A program made the translations under genes and the position numbers. Positions 60,800 through 64,000 of a stretch of 64,000 nt of DNA are shown here, piece by piece (the first letter of the stretch is position 1; each line of letters begins with the position of its first letter). The stretch spans positions 105,154,014 through 105,218,013 of the forward strand of contig NC_068982.1 in NCBI RefSeq assembly GCF_001194135.2. Direction: 5' to 3'. Origin of the DNA: Octopus bimaculoides. Its lineage: Eukaryota. Below the pieces are notes generated by a model that worked only from the letters and a program-made list of their open reading frames with translations, made no database searches and was not told the DNA's origin.

Positions 60800-61768
60800 A
60801 CTGAGGACTGAACTTTGATGAATGTATATCAGCCTGTTGGCAGTTCTTGATGAGAATTTATTAGCACTCTCAAGTTCATTTTTGTTAAATCTTTCTGCAT
60901 TAGCAGCATACTGTAGCAGGTCTTGTTTGCTGTTTACCAAATATTCTGCCATGTTTCTTCTTTCACTGTTGATTCACTCCTGTACGCTAATCAACCATGT
61001 CCACCTTTACCCCTCTTCATGTAGAGCCTGTGTACGTTCGCCTTAGGGTGAAGAGCACCATACATTGTCATTGTCTTTCAGGTAGTGCGATTGAGCTGGT
61101 TAATCTCCGCTTGTGTCCATTTCAGGATGGGTGCATTATAGCAGACTACAGCAACCACTCAAATGTTAATGGCAGTCACAAGGTAGGCTGTGATGACCTT
61201 GTATTTCATTTCTTTATGCAAGATATTGTGCAGCTCCAGGATCCCAAGGTACTTGTACCCATCATCATCTGGGTCTTCCATTCTCTCTCCGTTTGGCAAT
61301 TCTATGCCCCTACAATTTACTCTTTTCCCCCACTTCAAAGTAAGCACCGCACCCTTCAAGATACCGAACTGCACCACTCAGTAGGCAATTGTCTAATTGC
61401 AATGCAATTCTCTTTTGTGTTGACCTAAACCACTTGAGCCAATAGCCTTGAATTTTGTCTAGTCCTGCCGCTTTCCAGTTTGGCAGTTTTGATACCTGTG
61501 CAATGACATCTTTTGTTGTTATGCACACACGGTCCTGTTGTGGAGCCTCTGGGTGATGGAGTTCAGATCTCACTGAATGAATCCACTCAGCACCATAGTT
61601 GTTGGAAACTTCTTGCCCCCAGATGTTATTCCAAAATTGGCGGGTTTCTTCTCCTTCAGGAGGTGTATTATCTTCTGCATTTCCTCCTTAGCCCTTAAAA
61701 AACTGCCTCTGATTATTTGAGAATAACTGGTTTTGATGGAACTGCGATATGTGACCAGTGTAATTAAT
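60800..61768 (-). mobile_element. Second R4/Dong-like LINE remnant, lacking most of the RT core
   Basis: QFHQNQLFSNNQRQFF; KLPNWKAAGLDKIQGYWLK; FGILKGAVL..DDGYKYLGILE; YLVNSKQDLLQYA. 5' end abuts (TAA)n at 61769-61830. Confidence 0.82.
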
Positions 61769-62619
61769 ATTATTATTATTATTATCATTATTATTATTAT
61801 TATTATTATCATTATTATTATTATTATTATTCCCACAACTAACCCCACAGAATTGACTCTGGGCATTAATGAGAACATTCTGAGTAGTCTTTTCTGAGTG
61901 AACTTTTGGGTTGAGGATCATTGACGATTTCCAAAAGTCTTGGCAGTGCTATGGGGGTGGTATTGCCTGTTCAAGACAAGCTCTTCAGACACGGAAGTGC
62001 CAACTGCATAGAAATAGAACCTAAACCTGATGCAAAAGCAACTACACAACATGATGACATCAGCAAGAACTAACCACCAACTTCCAGTAAAACAGGATCT
62101 CCTTAATAATTCCATCTTTTGGTGCCATTTTCTCTTTGAAAGAAATAGCTATAAAAGAACTCTCTCAGTCAGCAGTAGTAGTGTCTGCTTGACTACAGAA
62201 TGGATACCAATGGATGACAGTGACAATGATGCAGCTAAACCAGCTAGCTGCTAGGATCACACAATGTCAGTTACTGTCATTCTTGAATGCAACATCCCAC
62301 ACAAACTTTGAACTATCTAACTTGGTGTAAACACTTTTTCTTTGTTGTTGGTAGTGACAAAGTTTGTTAATGTTAAAAATGAATATTTTTGTATTTAAAA
62401 TCTCAAACAGAATTTATGGTCTTTCCATTGACATCAACTCAACTAAATCATTACACTGGTGGTACACGTATGAAAATATCTTACTATCACACTTCAATCT
62501 ATAAATACCAAACTATGAACATTCACCTATGCATGTCAATTTATAAACATTAGACTACAAAGGTCAAAATAACAAGTTTCTTGTTCAAAAAGACTAATAA
62601 GAGTTTCAGAGTAACTCAC

Positions 62620-62864
62620 CTTCATTGCCCTTTGTGTAGAAAAGACCATGTGGGTGAACGCTATAAGGTCGACTGGCATTGTTAAAGAAATGGACACGGA
62701 GTGTTTGTCCAACAGATCCACTTAAAATAGGTCCCAGAAGACCAAGTGATTCAGGTTTTGGTATTTCTTGAGTAAATGTGAAGTCTGTATATTGCTTATA
62801 GATGGCTTTCTTGTACTTACGTCCAATCCTGGTTGGAGATTTCTCCAAGAATGTTTTGTAGTCT
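62620..62864 (-). CDS. Ceruloplasmin/hephaestin-like multicopper ferroxidase, first in-window coding exon (E2; domain 1 N-half)
   Basis: Acceptor ttattcattttaacag|A, donor G|GTGAGT. Encodes DYKTFLEKSPTRIGRKYKKAIYKQYTDFTF...LGLLGPILSGSVGQ...YSVHPHGLFYTKGNEG. HPHG is the domain-1 T2/T3 His motif. Phase 2 to phase 1. The upstream signal-peptide exon is outside the window. Confidence 0.95.
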
Positions 62865-63554
62865 CTGTTAAAATGAATAAATAAATATCAGAAACCCAAA
62901 ACCAATGGAATATGTAGTAATTTCTTATGTGGATTTGATGCTAGAAATTTATTAAGAGGATTTTCAAAAATTGTAATCAGTATTGTTAGAAATTGATTTG
63001 AACAGCAACAGCCATACAGGGCTTGAGATGGCTCTCTAACCTTGCTGATGACAAGGTAACCTCTATAGTGCTGGTATTATGAAAAAATGCACCAAATATA
63101 CTTTGTAAAGTGGTCAGTATTAGGAAGGACACCTAATACTGGAGAAAGACATGGTCTCAGATCTAATTAATCCTATCAAACAGTCCTGCTTATGCTAGCA
63201 TGGAAAGCAAATGAAAACGATGACAATGATATCACAGATTTAATTACATTAAAATCTTGCAATTGTGGTAAGGGAAGTTATATAAAAACTTCTAAAGGAA
63301 AGTGACAAGAGAAGTCATGTTAATGCCATTCTTAAGAGCTTTGATAGAATTAGTGATGTAAAATAATTGACAACTAGATTAAAAATTAAGTTGAGGTGGC
63401 TACACCAGGTGGGCTGTAATAACTATTTTCATCCACATAGACTGTAAGAACCATTTACAGTTATATAGATGGTAATAACTATTTAAAGGTATATAGACTA
63501 CAATAACCACTTACTAAATACACTGTAATAACAATTTCAGCTATATAATAATAA

Positions 63555-64000
63555 TCATCATCACCATTTAATGCCCATGCTGGTGTAGGTTGGATAGTTT
63601 GACAGGATCCGGTGGATACAAGAGCTGCATGATGCGCTAGTGTTTGTTAGGTATGGTTATTATGGCTGGATACCCCACATAACATAAACAACTTTACAGG
63701 ATGTACCAGGTATTGTCTTCATGCCATCACTATTTGGAACATTGCTATGCAGCTTGCAATACTATGAACCCTAAGTGAGGAAGGGGAAGTTCATGATAAG
63801 AGGATAAGGAGTAGAGAGGGGTAAGGTGTAAGAGAAAGGGCCAGAGCAGAATGGATTTCTTGTTGTGGGGGAGCAACATGATTATTCACATTTTAGAAGA
63901 GAGGTGGTGGTGGTGGTGGAGCTGGAAAGTGGTAATGAGGTGTAAGAATGAACCTTTAATGGGCAGGAATGGGTATCAGGAGTGAGTGTGTGGAGTAGAG
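63555..64000 (-). mobile_element. RTE 3'-UTR remnant running off the window end
   Basis: (CAT)n tail, ttaatgcccatgctgg..ggttggatagtttgacagg, then a purine-rich block as at 57950-58330. Confidence 0.7.

Overview
AT-rich, microsatellite- and repeat-laden eukaryotic DNA with small N gaps. The repeat families and composition point to a cephalopod, probably Octopus (inference, no database search). One gene spans most of the window: a minus-strand six-domain multicopper ferroxidase of the ceruloplasmin/hephaestin family. I reconstructed 12 coding exons from 62864 down to 10017; all have GT-AG ends, matching phases and no internal stops, giving 2992 nt and about 996 aa. The signal-peptide exon lies beyond position 64000. 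All trinuclear-cluster His motifs and the five CP-type disulphide pairs are present. The ORF stops right after domain 6 with no transmembrane tail. The type-1 Cu axial ligand is Met in domains 2 and 6 but Thr in domain 4, and all three Fe(II) entry-site ligand sets look complete. The rest is a layered transposon landscape: two R4/Dong RLE-LINEs at (TAA)n tracts, several RTE/RTEX LINE remnants with many truncated 3' UTR copies, a full-length decayed mariner, hAT, pogo/Tigger, piggyBac and mariner MITEs, at least four tRNA-derived SINE types, a zinc-knuckle ORF1-only element, and a probable solo LTR dense in YY1, NRF1 and ETS motifs. No rRNA, true tRNA gene or CRISPR array was seen.
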